From Candidatus Limnocylindria bacterium (lineage in GTDB: Bacteria > Chloroflexota > Limnocylindria > P2-11E), in the NCBI GenBank assembly GCA_046262615.1, contig JBHEML010000003.1:16529-80528 (forward strand): DNA of 64,000 nt. The letters are read 5' to 3'. A program made the translations under genes and the position numbers. The notes below the pieces were generated by a model that saw only the letters and a list, made by a program, of their open reading frames with translations, was not told where the DNA came from and ran no database searches. Shown piece after piece: positions 9,622 through 20,734 of this stretch (position 1 is the stretch's first letter; each line of letters begins with the position of its first letter).

Positions 9622-11300
9622 ACCTGCATGATGACGGGCAGGACCATCGGGCGGCGCTTCGTTCTCTGGTAGAGGAAGGAAGCGACGCTCGAGTGGATCG
9701 AGTCCTTCAGCGCCACCGCCTCGACCAGGTGCTCGCCTGTCTGTGCCTCTCCGAGGCCCTCGATGATGCGCTGGCGCGCCTCCTCGATGAGCTTCCCGGC
9801 GTCCTCTTCGGGGACGAAGCCCTTGGTCACGATGTCCGGGCCCGCCACGAGCGCTCCCGTCTGCCGCTCGATGGTGATGACCACGAGGAACACGCCGTCG
9901 CTGCCGATCGACCAGCGGTCGCGCATCACCGACTGGCTCACGTCTCCCACGCCGAGGCCGTCGACGTAGACCTGCCCGGTCTGCACCCGCTCGCCGAGCT
10001 TGGCCCCCCGCTCGCCGAACTCGAGCACGTCGCCATTGGTCATCACGAAGGCGTTGCCGGGCTCCACGCCGAGGTCCATCGCCATGCGAGCGTGCTTCAC
10101 CAGCATGCGGTACTCACCATGGATCGGCACGAAGTACCTCGGTCGCAGGATGTTGAGCAGCAGCTTCAACTCCTCCTGGCTGGCGTGCCCCGACACGTGC
10201 GGCCGCACCGCGGCGTCGTAGATCACCTCGGCTCCGAGCTTGAAGAGGTTGTCGACCGTGCGAGACACGAGCTCCTCATTGCCGGGGATGGGGTTCGACG
10301 ACATGACGACCGTGTCCCCGTCCTTGACGGCGACGTGGCGATGGTCCCCGAGCGCCATCCGCGAGAGCGCGCTCGTCGGCTCCCCCTGGCTGCCAGTCGT
10401 GATGATGCAGATCTCCTGGTCGGGCAGCTTTCCGATATCCCCCGCGTGCACGATGGAGCCCTCCGGGTACTCGAGGTAGCCGAGCTCCCGCGCCGTCCGC
10501 GTGTAGTTCTCCATCGACCGGCCGACGATCGCGATCTTGCGGTTCCAGGCCGCAGCGATGTCGACGATCTGCTTGATGCGCGAGATGTTCGAGGCGAACG
10601 TGGTGATGATGACGCGGCCCGCCGCGCGCGACATGATCCCGTCGAGGATCTCCCCGACGTGCCGTTCCGACGGTGTATACCCGGCCACCTCGGCGCGGGT
10701 CGAGTCGGACAGCAGCAGCAGGACGCCCTTGGCCGCGATCGCCGAGAGGCGCGCGAAGTCCGTCTGTCGCCCATCGACCGGCGTGTGGTCGAACTTCCAG
10801 TCGCCGGAGTGAACGATCGTCCCGTACTGCGTCTCGATCGTGACGCCGACCGCGTCGGGGATGCTGTGGCAAACGCGGTACGAATCGCACTGGAAGGGTC
10901 CGACGGTGAAAGGCTCCCCGGGGATGATCTCGCGGAAGACGGCGCGGTCGGCGAGGCGATGCTCACGAAGTTTTGTGCGGATGAGGCCGATCGTCAGCTT
11001 CGTACCGTGGATCGGCACCGTGCCGAATTCCCGGAGCACGTACGGGAGGGCGCCGATGTGATCCTCGTGCGCGTGGGTGATCACGATCCCGCGCAGCCGG
11101 TCGCGGTGCTGGCGCACGTAGCCGATCTCGGGGATCACGAGGTCGATGCCGAGCATCCCCTCGTCGGGGAACATGAGCCCCGCGTCGACCATGAGCATGT
11201 CCTCGCCCTGCTCGACGAGCATCATGTTCTTTCCGATCTCGCCGACGCCCCCGAGCGGGATCACGCGCAGGGGCGACGATCCGCGCCGCGGCTCAGCCAA
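9618..11300 (-). CDS. rnj: ribonuclease J
   Basis: LRVIPLGGVGEIGKNMMLVE...ITHAHEDHIGALPY is the metallo-beta-lactamase fold, followed by beta-CASP and C-terminal domains. The length of 560 aa is typical for RNase J. Confidence 0.9.
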   Translation of the reverse strand: MAEPRRGSSPLRVIPLGGVGEIGKNMMLVEQGEDMLMVDAGLMFPDEGMLGIDLVIPEIGYVRQHRDRLRGIVITHAHEDHIGALPYVLREFGTVPIHGTKLTIGLIRTKLREHRLADRAVFREIIPGEPFTVGPFQCDSYRVCHSIPDAVGVTIETQYGTIVHSGDWKFDHTPVDGRQTDFARLSAIAAKGVLLLLSDSTRAEVAGYTPSERHVGEILDGIMSRAAGRVIITTFASNISRIKQIVDIAAAWNRKIAIVGRSMENYTRTARELGYLEYPEGSIVHAGDIGKLPDQEICIITTGSQGEPTSALSRMALGDHRHVAVKDGDTVVMSSNPIPGNEELVSRTVDNLFKLGAEVIYDAAVRPHVSGHASQEELKLLLNILRPRYFVPIHGEYRMLVKHARMAMDLGVEPGNAFVMTNGDVLEFGERGAKLGERVQTGQVYVDGLGVGDVSQSVMRDRWSIGSDGVFLVVITIERQTGALVAGPDIVTKGFVPEEDAGKLIEEARQRIIEGLGEAQTGEHLVEAVALKDSIHSSVASFLYQRTKRRPMVLPVIMQV

Positions 11301-11934
11301 AGAGCGTCATCTGGTCCGCGGGTTTCTTCTCGGCCGGCTCAGGGGCCCGCGGCTGCGCCGTCGCCGCGAGGAAGGCCCCGAGCGCGCGGAAATCGGCGGC
11401 GAGCTCGGCGCGCAGAGACGGCTGATGCAGCGCCGCCGCCGGGTGGTAGACGGGGAAGATCAGCTGGCCGTTGGCGCGGCGGGCCTTGCCGTGGATCCGC
11501 GAGATCGACTCGCCGGGCAGGAAACGCGTCATCGCGTGGCGGCCGAGGGTCACGATCACGCGCGGGCGCAGCGCCTCAATGTGCCGCCGCAGCCACTGGT
11601 CGCACGCGAGGACCTCTTCGGGCAAAGGGTCGCGATTCTCGGGTGGACGGTGGCGGACCACGTTGGTGATGAAAACGCTCGCGCGGTCGAGGCCGATCTC
11701 CGCGAGCAGCTCGTCGAGCAGCTGGCCGGCGGCGCCGACGAACGGGCGCCCCTGGACGTCCTCGTGGTACCCCGGCGCCTCACCGAGCATCAGGATGCCG
11801 GAGGCCGCGCTGCCCTCGCCCGGCACGGCCTGCCGCGCCGTGCGGTGCAGCGGACACGACGTACAGGCGCGGATCTCGGCGGCGAGCGAGGCGAGCACGT
11901 CGTCGGGAGGTCCTTCGCTCATCGGCAAGATCAT
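11293..11934 (-). CDS. uracil-DNA glycosylase, family 4 (Fe-S type)
   Basis: CTSCPLH...GEAPGYHEDVQGRPFVGAAGQLLDELL...HPAA are family 4 UDG motifs. Confidence 0.8.
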   Translation of the reverse strand: MILPMSEGPPDDVLASLAAEIRACTSCPLHRTARQAVPGEGSAASGILMLGEAPGYHEDVQGRPFVGAAGQLLDELLAEIGLDRASVFITNVVRHRPPENRDPLPEEVLACDQWLRRHIEALRPRVIVTLGRHAMTRFLPGESISRIHGKARRANGQLIFPVYHPAAALHQPSLRAELAADFRALGAFLAATAQPRAPEPAEKKPADQMTLFG

Positions 11935-11941
11935 GCGGAGC

Positions 11942-12613
11942 CTAACCCAGCCGTGGCGCTTTTCGCGCGAGATACACGACGTCGGTGTACGGGCGGCGCC
12001 GCATCTGGACGACGTTGGCGAGCAACCCGCTGCGGTGGAACATGTCGAGCGCGTCGTCGCGCGACGGAAAGTGCAGCTCTCGACCGCCGCGGGTGAGGCC
12101 GAGGCTCACGCTCATCATCTCCTGCGCGAAGGTGAGCGCGTACCGCGGCCCGATCGATCTCTCCTGCGCCTTCACGATGACCGGAGCGTTCTCGGATACC
12201 GCGGAGGCGGCGCCACGCAGGACGGCCTCCTGCGCCTCGAACGGCAGCAGATACAGCACATCGACGATCACCACCGCGTCGCAACGGGGCGGCGGCGTGG
12301 CGACGATGTCGCTGACCTCGAAGCGCAGCCCCTCGCGTCCCTGGATCGTTCGCCTGGCGACCTCGATCTTGCGGGCGTCGATGTCCAAGCCGAGCACCCG
12401 GCGCGCGGGCGACACCTCTTTGAGCAGGTTGCTGAACAGGCCCTGCCCGCAGCCCAGCTCGACGATGAATCCGTGACGCGGTACGTATTGCTCCACGAAC
12501 GGAAGGTCCGACATGAAGGCCCGCCCGTGGACCAGCCACCTCGTGTCCAGGCGCGCGTCCCGGTACCGCTCGAGGGCCTCGCGCAGGGCCGCGCTGGTCG
12601 TGGAGCCCGGCAT
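11942..12613 (-). CDS. class I SAM-dependent methyltransferase
   Basis: The internal ATG at 12613 gives MPGSTTSAALREALERYRD... with the motif I sequence VELGCGQGLF and the motif II sequence VVIVDVLYLL. The upstream 146 aa are Arg-rich junk. The start overlaps the YdjC stop as ATGA. Confidence 0.7.
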   Translation of the reverse strand: MPGSTTSAALREALERYRDARLDTRWLVHGRAFMSDLPFVEQYVPRHGFIVELGCGQGLFSNLLKEVSPARRVLGLDIDARKIEVARRTIQGREGLRFEVSDIVATPPPRCDAVVIVDVLYLLPFEAQEAVLRGAASAVSENAPVIVKAQERSIGPRYALTFAQEMMSVSLGLTRGGRELHFPSRDDALDMFHRSGLLANVVQMRRRPYTDVVYLARKAPRLG

Positions 12614-13485
12614 CAGCCCCCTGCTGACGAGCGCGCGGGGACGCGCCAGCCGACGTCTCCTGCGAGCGCCGCCAGCAGCGCCGGCTCGGTGAGCATCGCG
12701 AGCTCGGCCACCCTGCGCCCGGCGAGCGCGTCGCGCCGATGCGGCTCGTGGTCCACCTCGCCCGGGTGGCAGCCGAGCTCGCCCACTCCCCTTCCGATCG
12801 GCATCCTCCCGAGGTCGGCCGGATCGTGGGTGCGCCACGACGAAAGGTCGAGGTACCAGTCGTTGCCGGCGATGCCGCGGAACCATCGCTCGCTGAGCGT
12901 CGTCGACGCGGACAGCGCCCGGGGCTTCCAGCCGCGCGCCGGGCCCGGTGAACGCGCTCGCCGGAGCCAGCGAACGCCCTCTTCGCGCGCCACGGCCCCG
13001 ACCACGCGAGCGACGAACGGGATCAGGTGCACGTGGCGGTGCGAGTCCCACGCCAGCGGGGCGATGCCGAGCGAACGCGCGCGCCGAGCCTGGGCGCGGA
13101 CCTCGGTCGCGACGTCACGCGCCCGCACGCGGCCAGTGAACAGGCGGCGCACGAATTCGCCGAGCGGGCGAAAGCGCCCCTCGCGGTCGACCAGGCTGCG
13201 CACCGCGCTCGGATCCGCGGCCGGCCGTCCTCCGACCAGGTCGAGGTGCAGGCCCACTTCGAGGCCGCCTTCGCAGGCCGCGAGCGCGGCGGCTTCGGCG
13301 CTTCCGGGGTAGGTCACCAGCAGCGACGCCGAACGCACGATGCCGGTGCGATGCGCATCGAGGATGCCCCGCGTCACCGCCGCCGAGAACCCGAGGTCGT
13401 CAGCGGTGATGACCAGAGGGCGTCGAGCGCCGCCGTCGAAGACGCCGCGGTCCGCAGGCGTCGACGGGCTCGCGGGCACCCTCAC
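12613..13485 (-). CDS. YdjC/ChbG-family carbohydrate deacetylase
   Basis: RPLVITADDLGFSAAVTRGILDAHRTGIVRSASLLV is the YdjC-family N-terminal motif. GTG 13485 overlaps the GT2 stop as GTGA. A start at V138 (13443) is also possible. Confidence 0.7.
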   Translation of the reverse strand: MRVPASPSTPADRGVFDGGARRPLVITADDLGFSAAVTRGILDAHRTGIVRSASLLVTYPGSAEAAALAACEGGLEVGLHLDLVGGRPAADPSAVRSLVDREGRFRPLGEFVRRLFTGRVRARDVATEVRAQARRARSLGIAPLAWDSHRHVHLIPFVARVVGAVAREEGVRWLRRARSPGPARGWKPRALSASTTLSERWFRGIAGNDWYLDLSSWRTHDPADLGRMPIGRGVGELGCHPGEVDHEPHRRDALAGRRVAELAMLTEPALLAALAGDVGWRVPARSSAGG

Positions 13486-14255
13486 TCTCCCGGCCCAAGA
13501 CTCGGCCTCCGCAAGGTTCGCGCGGGCTGCGGCCGCTCGTAGCGGCGCGCAGTGGCATTGAAACGGATGAGCACGAGGTCCCGAAGCATTCGCAGCGTAT
13601 CGGAGAGGAAATCGATGCTCGTCTCGCCGAGCTGGTGCAGCTGGACGGGCAGCTCCGCGACGCGGTATCCCTCCCGCCGCGCGAGGAAGATCACCTCGGC
13701 ATCGAACGCGAAGCCGTTCAGGCGGGACGCGCGGAAGAGGTACTTCGCGGCCTCCGCCGTGTACGCCTTTCCGCCGCACTGCGTGTCCTTCACGTCGACG
13801 GGCACGATCAGATGGACGCAGGCGTGGAACACGAGACCCATGAAGACCCGCCACCAGGGGCGCTCGACCACCGCACCCTCCACGTAGCGTGACGCCACGG
13901 CGATGTCAGCCCCGCCGGCCAGCGCGTCGAGGAACATGTCGACGCTCTCCACCGGGATCGTCAGATCGGCATCGAGGAAGACGATCGGATCGCCGACCGC
14001 CGCCGCGACGCCGGCCCGGATCGCGCCGCCCTTGCCGGTGTGCGGGAGAGGAAGCAGCCGGTACGCGAGGTGCGCCTGCGGGAGGCCGGGCACCGTCTGC
14101 GCGAACGCCGCACGCGTACCGTCCGTCGAGCCGTCGTCGGCGACGATGATCTCGGCGTCGATCGCTCGTGAGCGAAAGAACTCGGCGCAACTCGCGAGGC
14201 TCGCCGGTAACCGGCGAGCCTCGTTGTACGCGGGGAGGATGAGGGAGAGCGTCTG
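13482..14255 (-). CDS. GT2 glycosyltransferase (polyprenyl-phosphate sugar synthase / DPM-synthase-like)
   Basis: Reading upstream of the ORF-track start in the same frame gives a continuous sequence QTLSLILPAYNEARRLPASLASCAEFFRSRAIDAEIIVADDGSTDGT...FLDADLTIPV. The frame opens right after the pnp stop (TGA 14270..14268). There is no ATG, GTG or TTG before the conserved N-terminus, so the start is unresolved; an ATC at about 14240 is one candidate. Confidence 0.7.
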   Translation of the reverse strand, partial: QTLSLILPAYNEARRLPASLASCAEFFRSRAIDAEIIVADDGSTDGTRAAFAQTVPGLPQAHLAYRLLPLPHTGKGGAIRAGVAAAVGDPIVFLDADLTIPVESVDMFLDALAGGADIAVASRYVEGAVVERPWWRVFMGLVFHACVHLIVPVDVKDTQCGGKAYTAEAAKYLFRASRLNGFAFDAEVIFLARREGYRVAELPVQLHQLGETSIDFLSDTLRMLRDLVLIRFNATARRYERPQPARTLRRPSLGPGE

Positions 14256-14267
14256 CGGCCCCGAGGC

Positions 14268-16493
14268 TCAGGAGCGGGGTGGCCCGCTCCGTCTAAAGCC
14301 TCCCCCGCCTGGTCCGGCGCCCGGACGCGGTCGGAAGCCGCCTCCGGTGCCTTCGCGCTCGCGGTACCGCTCGCGCTCCGCTCGCTGCCGCTGTTCGAAG
14401 CCCTCGGAATCGCCTTCTTCGACCGCGCGAATGGACAGGTTCACACGGCCCTGGCGGTCCACCTCGGCGATCTTCACCTTCACTTTGTCCCCGACCTTGA
14501 CCACGTCCTCGACGTTGCTTACCCGGCCCGACGACAGCTCCGAGACCCGCACCAGGCCCTCCTTGCCCGGAAGGTATTCGATGAACGCGCCGATGCTCAT
14601 GATCCGCGTCACCTTGCCGTCGTAGATCTCGCCGACCTCGGCCTCCTTGGTGAGGCCCTCGATCATCATGCGTGCCTTTTCGCGGCCCTCGGGCTTGGCC
14701 CCCGTGATCCGCACGGTGCCATCGTCCTCCACCTCGACGTTCGTGCCGGACTCGCTCTGGATCGCGCGGATCATCTTTCCGCCGGGACCGATGACCTCGC
14801 GGATCTTGTCGGGGTGTATCCGGATGGTGTCGATTCGTGGGGCGTACTTGCTCAGCTCCGCCCGCGGCTTGTCGATGACCTGCCGCATCTCCTGAAGGAT
14901 GTACAGGCGCGCCTCGCGGGCCTGGGCCAGCGCCTCGCGCATGATGTCGAGGCTGATCCCCTTGACCTTGATGTCCATCTGGAGCGCCGTGACGCCGGTG
15001 TCCGTGCCGGTGACTTTGAAGTCCATGTCGCCGTAGTGGTCCTCGAGGCCCTGAATGTCCGTGAGGATCGTGTGCTTTCCGTCCTGGACGATCAGGCCCA
15101 TCGCGATCCCCGCGACCATCGTCTTGAGCGGGACGCCGGCGTCCATGAGCGCCAGCGTCGAACCGCAAGTCGATGCCATGGAGGACGAGCCGTTCGACTC
15201 GAGCGTCTCGCTGACCACGCGGATCGTGTACGGGAACTCCTCTTTGGTCGGGACGACGGGGAGCAGAGCGCGCTCGGCGAGCGCGCCGTGCCCGATGTCC
15301 CGGCGGCTCGCGCCGCGCATCATGCGGACCTCGCCGACGGAATACGGCGGGAAGTTGTAGTGGTGCATGTAACGCTTGGTGTCGACGGGCGACAGCGTGT
15401 CGATGATCTGCTCGTCCCCCGACGGCCCGAGCGTCGCGACGGAGAGCACCTGCGTCTGCCCTCGCTGGAACAAGCCCGAGCCGTGCGCCCGCGGGAGAAC
15501 GCCCACCTCGATCGAGAGCGGGCGGATCGCCTTGGTGTCCCGCCCGTCGGGGCGCAGGTTCTCGCTCACGACCGCGGTCCGGAATTCGCGCTCGAGGACG
15601 CTCTCCCATTCCGCGGAGACCTCCTCGGGGGTGATGGCGCCTTCCTCGGTCACGAATCGCGACGTCGCCTCGGCCTTCAGCTCATCGAGGCCGGCTTCGC
15701 GCTTCGCCTTGTCGGGGTCGCGCAGCGCGGAGCGGATCCTCTCCTCGAAGAACGTGCGTACCGGCGCGTGCGCCGCGGCGTCGTGGACCGGTGCCTTGAT
15801 CTCGAGCTTCGGCTTGCCCGCGGCGCGCTGGAGCTCTTCCTGCGCCTGGCAGATCTTCGCGATGCCCTCCTGCGCGAGGGTGAGGGCCTCGACGAGCTTC
15901 TCCTCGGAGATCTCCTGCGCTCCGGCCTCGACCATCATGACCGAGTCCTTCGTGCCCGCGACCACGAGGTCGAGCTCGCTCTCCTCCATCTGCTGGATCG
16001 TCGGGTTGAGCGAGAGCTTCCCCCCGACCGAGCCCACGCGGACGCACCCGATCGGGCCCTCGAAGGGCGCGTTGGAGATGGTCAGCGCGGCCGACGCCGC
16101 GTTGACCGCGAGGATGTCGTAGTCGTTCTCCTGGTCGCTCGACCAGGCGGACACGACGATCTGGACGTCATTGCGGAAGCCCTTCGGCCACAGCGGCCGG
16201 ATCGGCCGATCGACGAGGCGCGCGGTGAGGATCCCCTCCTCGGAGGGCCGCCCTTCGCGGCGGGGGAACGATCCGGGGATCTTGCCCGCGGCGTACAGCC
16301 GCTCCTCGAAGTCGACGGTCAGCGGGAAGAAGTCGATGCCTGCGCGGATCGACTTGGAGACGGTGGACGCCGCGAACACGATGGTGTCTCCGTAGCGCAC
16401 GGTCACGGCTCCGCCGGCCTGTGCGGCGTACTTGCCTGTCTCGAAAGTGAGCGGGCGGTCGCTGATGGTCGCCTGGGATCGGCTGATCGGCAT
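14268..16493 (-). CDS. pnp: polyribonucleotide nucleotidyltransferase (PNPase)
   Basis: The full 741-aa PNPase architecture is present: two RNase PH domains, a KH domain and an S1 domain, with a Gly/Arg-rich tail. Confidence 0.95.
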   Translation of the reverse strand: MPISRSQATISDRPLTFETGKYAAQAGGAVTVRYGDTIVFAASTVSKSIRAGIDFFPLTVDFEERLYAAGKIPGSFPRREGRPSEEGILTARLVDRPIRPLWPKGFRNDVQIVVSAWSSDQENDYDILAVNAASAALTISNAPFEGPIGCVRVGSVGGKLSLNPTIQQMEESELDLVVAGTKDSVMMVEAGAQEISEEKLVEALTLAQEGIAKICQAQEELQRAAGKPKLEIKAPVHDAAAHAPVRTFFEERIRSALRDPDKAKREAGLDELKAEATSRFVTEEGAITPEEVSAEWESVLEREFRTAVVSENLRPDGRDTKAIRPLSIEVGVLPRAHGSGLFQRGQTQVLSVATLGPSGDEQIIDTLSPVDTKRYMHHYNFPPYSVGEVRMMRGASRRDIGHGALAERALLPVVPTKEEFPYTIRVVSETLESNGSSSMASTCGSTLALMDAGVPLKTMVAGIAMGLIVQDGKHTILTDIQGLEDHYGDMDFKVTGTDTGVTALQMDIKVKGISLDIMREALAQAREARLYILQEMRQVIDKPRAELSKYAPRIDTIRIHPDKIREVIGPGGKMIRAIQSESGTNVEVEDDGTVRITGAKPEGREKARMMIEGLTKEAEVGEIYDGKVTRIMSIGAFIEYLPGKEGLVRVSELSSGRVSNVEDVVKVGDKVKVKIAEVDRQGRVNLSIRAVEEGDSEGFEQRQRAERERYREREGTGGGFRPRPGAGPGGGGFRRSGPPRS

Positions 16494-16537
16494 CTTGTGG
16501 CTGTTTCTCGCGGGTGCGGTCCGCTAGGTCTGCGCTC

Positions 16538-16810
16538 TCACCGCCGCAGCCCGAGCCGTCCGATGATCGTCTGGTAGCGCTCGGGGTCCTTGCGGTGCAG
16601 GTAAGCGAGCAGGCGTCGTCGCTGGCCGACCATCATCAGGAGCCCACGGCGGCTGTGGTTGTCGTGCTTGGCCGTGCGCAGGTGGTCGGTCAGGTGCTTG
16701 ATGCGCTCGGTGAGGATCGCGATCTGCACCTCCGGCGACCCTGTGTCGGTGTCGGTCCGGCGGTAGGCGGCGATGACCTCTGCCTTGCTCTCGCGGATGG
16801 CGGGCGGCAC
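16538..16810 (-). CDS. rpsO: 30S ribosomal protein S15
   Basis: [90 protein letters not shown]. The start is GTG 16810 with an AGGAAAGGA SD upstream. The remainder of the 321-aa ORF in the track is junk. Confidence 0.9.
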   Translation of the reverse strand: MPPAIRESKAEVIAAYRRTDTDTGSPEVQIAILTERIKHLTDHLRTAKHDNHSRRGLLMMVGQRRRLLAYLHRKDPERYQTIIGRLGLRR

Positions 16811-16901
16811 CCGTTGTCCTTTCCTGGATCCTTCTGGATCTCTTCTTCGGAGGCAGTCTAGCCGAAGCGACCGCTGTTCAGAAAGCGGACATAATCCCGG
16901 C

Positions 16902-18131
16902 ATCGAGAACCAGAGCACCGCCGCAGGTCCAGCGCGGACCGCAGGTCCCCTCGCGGGCATCCGCGTGGTCGAGCTCGGGACGATGATCGCCGGCCCATTC
17001 GCGGGCCGCCTCCTGGCCGACCTCGGTGCGGACGTCATCAAGGTCGAGCCTCCGGGCAAGGGCGACCCGCTCCGCGACTGGAAGCACCTCCACGGCGGAA
17101 CGTCGCTGTGGTGGCGCGTCCAGTCCCGGAACAAGCGCTGCGTGACCGCCGATCTGCGCCGGCCGGAAGGCCAGGCGCTGGTGCGGCAGCTCATCGCCAG
17201 GAGCGACGTGCTGATCGAGAACTTTCGCCCTGGGACCCTCGAGCGGTGGGGACTGGCTCCCGACGACCTGAGGCGGGAACGGCCGGAGCTCGTGGCCGTC
17301 CGGGTATCGGGTTTCGGCCAGACAGGGCCGTACCGCGGCAGAACGGGGCTGGGCGCGGTCGCGGAGGCCATGGGCGGGATCCGGTACATCACCGGCGACC
17401 CCGATACGCCGCCTTCGCGCACGGGGATATCACTCGCCGACGAGCTCGCCGCGCTCTTCGCGGTGATCGGCGCCATAGCGGGCCTGCTGCGGCGCGAACG
17501 CACGGGACGTGGCGATACGGTCGACGTCGCCCTCTACGAAGCGGTGTTCGCTTTGATGGAGGCCGCGGTGACGGAGTACGCGTATTCCGGCGACATCCGA
17601 GAGCGCTCCGGCGGGAGCTATCCCGGAGTGGCGCCCTCGAACACGTATCCCACCGCGGACGGCGCCTTCGTCGTCATCGGAGGAAACACCGACGAGCTGT
17701 TCAAGCGCCTCATGGCGTGCGTCGGCCGTCCGGATCTCGCGCAGGTCGACCGCTATCGGACAAATCCCGGGCGGGCGGCCGACGCCACGCTCCTCGACGC
17801 GGCGATCGCCGCGTGGACCGGCGGCCTCACGTTGGGCGAATGCCTCGCCGCCCTGGAGGCTGCCGGCGTTCCCGCGGGACCCATCTACACGATCGCCGAC
17901 ATCGCGGAGGATCCGCAGTACCGCGCCCGAGGCATGCTGCTCGAGCGCTCCCTCCCGGATGGGACGCGGCTGACCATACCGGGGCTCGTGCCAAAGTTCA
18001 CCGAAGCGCCGGGATCCGTGGACTGGCTGGGGCCGGAGAGGCTCGGGGCGGACAATGCCACGGTGTACGGCGACCTGCTCGGGCTCGGGTCGGACCAGCT
18101 CGAGGACCTCGCAAGGGAGGGCGTCATCTGA
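16902..18131 (+). CDS. CoA-transferase family III (CaiB/BaiF-like)
   Basis: [42 protein letters not shown] and the rest of the family III fold. The ORF-track start at 16773 would overlap rpsO on the opposite strand. There is no canonical start between 16811 and the conserved GIRVVELG block, so the start is unresolved; an ATC at 16902 is a candidate. Confidence 0.7.
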   Translation: MENQSTAAGPARTAGPLAGIRVVELGTMIAGPFAGRLLADLGADVIKVEPPGKGDPLRDWKHLHGGTSLWWRVQSRNKRCVTADLRRPEGQALVRQLIARSDVLIENFRPGTLERWGLAPDDLRRERPELVAVRVSGFGQTGPYRGRTGLGAVAEAMGGIRYITGDPDTPPSRTGISLADELAALFAVIGAIAGLLRRERTGRGDTVDVALYEAVFALMEAAVTEYAYSGDIRERSGGSYPGVAPSNTYPTADGAFVVIGGNTDELFKRLMACVGRPDLAQVDRYRTNPGRAADATLLDAAIAAWTGGLTLGECLAALEAAGVPAGPIYTIADIAEDPQYRARGMLLERSLPDGTRLTIPGLVPKFTEAPGSVDWLGPERLGADNATVYGDLLGLGSDQLEDLAREGVI

Positions 18132-19057
18132 TGGCCGCAGGAGGCGTGACCATCGTGGAGGTCGGGCTGCGCGACGGCCTCCAGAACGAGCCGACCCCGG
18201 TGGACACCGACGGGAAGCTGCACCTGCTGCACGCGTTGCTCGACGCCGGGATTCGAGAGCTCGAGGTGACGAGCTTCGTGCGTCCCGATCTCGTGCCCCA
18301 GCTGGCCGACGCCGAGGCGCTCGCCGCTGCCCTGCCGCCGCGGGATGACGTCACCTACGTGGCGCTCGTCGCGAACGAGCGTGGATACGAGCGAGCCGCA
18401 GCCGCGGGCATCCGCGAACTCATCTTCGTGCTGGCGGCGACCGACGCGTTCAACGAGCGGAATGTCCGCCGGACCGTCGAGGGCTCGCTCTCCGAGCTGT
18501 CGGGCCTGTGCCGCAGGGGCGAGCGCGACGGCGTGAACGTTCGCGCGGCGATCGCAGTGAGTTTCGGCTGCCCCTACTCCGGCCGCGTGGAGGCGGGCGC
18601 GGTGCTCAGGGTCGCCCAGCGGTGCGTGGAGTCAGGCGCACTCGATCTCAACATCGCCGACACCATCGGCGTCGCCAACCCGGCGCAGGTGACCGAGACC
18701 TTCGAGATTCTCTTGCGCGGCGTGCCGTCCGTACGGAAGTGGGCGGCGCATTTCCACGACACGCGCGGCCTCGGCCTCGCGAACGCCTGGTCCGCGGCCG
18801 GCATCGGCATCCGGCGGTTCGACGCGTCGATCGCGGGGCTCGGTGGGTGCCCGTTCGCGCCCGGGGCGACCGGGAACGTGGCCACAGAGGACACCGCGTA
18901 CATGTTCGACGAAGCCGGTCTCTCCACCCGGCTCGACCGCGAGAAGCTCTTTGCCGCCGTGGACGTCGCTGAGGAGCTCGTCGGAAGACCGTCCGCCGGA
19001 CGCGTGAAGAAGGCCGAGCGTGCGACCGCGGACGTTCCCACGAGCGGGTCGCCATGA
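18131..19057 (+). CDS. hydroxymethylglutaryl-CoA lyase family (HMGL-like) protein
   Basis: [21 protein letters not shown]...TSFVRPDLVPQ...HFHDTRGLGLANAWSAAGIGIRRFDASIAGLGGCPFAPGATGN is the HMGL-like TIM-barrel. The ATG at 18131 overlaps the upstream stop. Confidence 0.8.
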   Translation: MAAGGVTIVEVGLRDGLQNEPTPVDTDGKLHLLHALLDAGIRELEVTSFVRPDLVPQLADAEALAAALPPRDDVTYVALVANERGYERAAAAGIRELIFVLAATDAFNERNVRRTVEGSLSELSGLCRRGERDGVNVRAAIAVSFGCPYSGRVEAGAVLRVAQRCVESGALDLNIADTIGVANPAQVTETFEILLRGVPSVRKWAAHFHDTRGLGLANAWSAAGIGIRRFDASIAGLGGCPFAPGATGNVATEDTAYMFDEAGLSTRLDREKLFAAVDVAEELVGRPSAGRVKKAERATADVPTSGSP

Positions 19058-19944
19058 ACGACCCCGCGGCGGTCAGGACCGGAGATCTCATTCACTCGCA
19101 GACTCCTGGCCCGGAACGTTGGAGCGGGGACCCGAGTCACACCGATCCCGTGATCGCGCTCCGTGGCGTGTCGAAGGTGTACGGCCAGGGCGGAAAGAAA
19201 CCATTTGTCGCCATCGAACGCGTCGACCTCGAGGTCCAGGGCGGGCGCTTCGTTTCGGTCGTGGGACCTTCCGGGTGCGGCAAGTCGACGTTGGTCTCGC
19301 TCGTGTCGGGGCTGCTTCCGGCGTCGGGCGGCGAGGTCGTCCTGCGAGGTTCCCGTGTGGCCGGCGTACGCACGGACGTGGGATTCATCTTCCAGCGCGA
19401 CGCCCTTCTCCCCTGGCGGACGGTGCGCGAGAACGTCGCGCTACCGCTGCGCTTTCGCGGCGTGAGCGTCGCTGCCGAGCGCGAGCGAGTCGGCGAGTGG
19501 ATCGCCCGGGTCGGCCTTGCGCCCTTCGCCGATAACTACCCGCACCAGCTGTCTGGCGGGATGCGCAAGCGCGCGCAGCTCGCGCAGTCGCTCGTCGCGG
19601 ACCCCGCGGTGCTCCTGATGGATGAGCCGTTCTCCGCCCTCGACGTGCAGACGCGGAACCTGATGGAGAACGAGCTGCTCGGTCTGTGGGGTGCCGCGGG
19701 CAAGACCGTGTTGTTCATCACGCACGACCTCGAGGAGGCCATCGCCCTGTCTGACGAGATAGTCGTGATGACCGCGGGTCCGGGGCGCATCAAAGCGCGC
19801 TACCCGGTCGGCCTGCCCAGGCCGCGGAACGTAATGGACATCCGCTTCGCGCCCGACTTCGTTGCGCTGTACGAGCGCGCGTGGGCGGACCTGCGGGACG
19901 AGGTCACAAGGTCCTACGAGCGGAGCCTCCAGGCGACGGCATGA
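19054..19944 (+). CDS. ABC transporter ATP-binding protein (NitT/TauT family)
   Basis: Walker A GPSGCGKST, the LSGGMRKR signature, Walker B LLMDEPFSALD and an H-loop. The gene overlaps HMGL by ATGA. Confidence 0.85.
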   Translation: MNDPAAVRTGDLIHSQTPGPERWSGDPSHTDPVIALRGVSKVYGQGGKKPFVAIERVDLEVQGGRFVSVVGPSGCGKSTLVSLVSGLLPASGGEVVLRGSRVAGVRTDVGFIFQRDALLPWRTVRENVALPLRFRGVSVAAERERVGEWIARVGLAPFADNYPHQLSGGMRKRAQLAQSLVADPAVLLMDEPFSALDVQTRNLMENELLGLWGAAGKTVLFITHDLEEAIALSDEIVVMTAGPGRIKARYPVGLPRPRNVMDIRFAPDFVALYERAWADLRDEVTRSYERSLQATA

Positions 19945-20723
19945 ACGCCGCGGCGCGACGTCAACTCCTTGTACGCGGGCTCCAGGTCGCCGTGATCGCC
20001 GCCTTCGTCGGCGCGTGGCAGGTGCTCGTGCAGACGGGGGCGCTCGACAGGTTCTACTACTCGAGCCCCTCGCTCATCATTCCGCGGATCGCGGAATGGC
20101 TCCGGGATTCCAGCACGTACCGCGACATTGGGATCACCCTGCTCGAGACGGTCCTTGGCTTCGCGATCGGGACGCTGCTCGGCCTCGCGCTCGGCTACGC
20201 GTTCGCGCGCAACGAGCTGCTGGGCTCGGCGTTCGATCCCCTCTTCTCGATGTTCAACGCGATCCCCCGCCTGGTGCTCGCGCCGGTCTTTGTTCTGGCC
20301 TTCGGTTTCGGCATCGCGAGCAAGGTCGCGCTCGGGGTGACCCTCGTCTTCTTCATCGTGTTCTTCGCCACCTTCACAGCGGTGCGCGACGTCGACCAGA
20401 CGCTTGTCGACAACGTCCGCGTCCTGGGCGCGCGCCGCCGAGACATCACTTTCCAGGTACTCCTGCCGGCCGCGTTCAGCGCCATCGTCGCGAGCCTTCG
20501 CACGAGTGCCGGGTTCGCCTTCGCCGGGGCCGTCGTGGCGGAGTACATCGGCTCGACCGAGGGGATGGGACGCCGCATCGCGAACGCGGAGGCGTTCTTC
20601 GACTCCACCGGCGTGTTCGGCGGTATCGTCATCATCGCGTTCCTGGCCCTGGGGCTCGATGCGCTGTTCCAGGTCGTCGAGGCGCGCTTTTCGCGGTGGA
20701 AGCCACGGCGGGAGACCTCTTGA
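19941..20723 (+). CDS. ABC transporter permease (NitT/TauT family, SsuC/TauC-like)
   Basis: MNAAARRQLLVRGLQ... with six TM segments and the EAA-like loop AEYIGSTEGMG. The ATG at 19941 overlaps the ATPase stop. Confidence 0.8.
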   Translation: MNAAARRQLLVRGLQVAVIAAFVGAWQVLVQTGALDRFYYSSPSLIIPRIAEWLRDSSTYRDIGITLLETVLGFAIGTLLGLALGYAFARNELLGSAFDPLFSMFNAIPRLVLAPVFVLAFGFGIASKVALGVTLVFFIVFFATFTAVRDVDQTLVDNVRVLGARRRDITFQVLLPAAFSAIVASLRTSAGFAFAGAVVAEYIGSTEGMGRRIANAEAFFDSTGVFGGIVIIAFLALGLDALFQVVEARFSRWKPRRETS

Positions 20724-20734
20724 AGGGGGCGGAC

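Noticed and set aside
9507-11669. 720-aa plus-strand ORF antisense to rnj and udg
   Set aside because: Same reasoning: a junk composition (RRRR, HHDD runs) while the minus strand encodes canonical RNase J.
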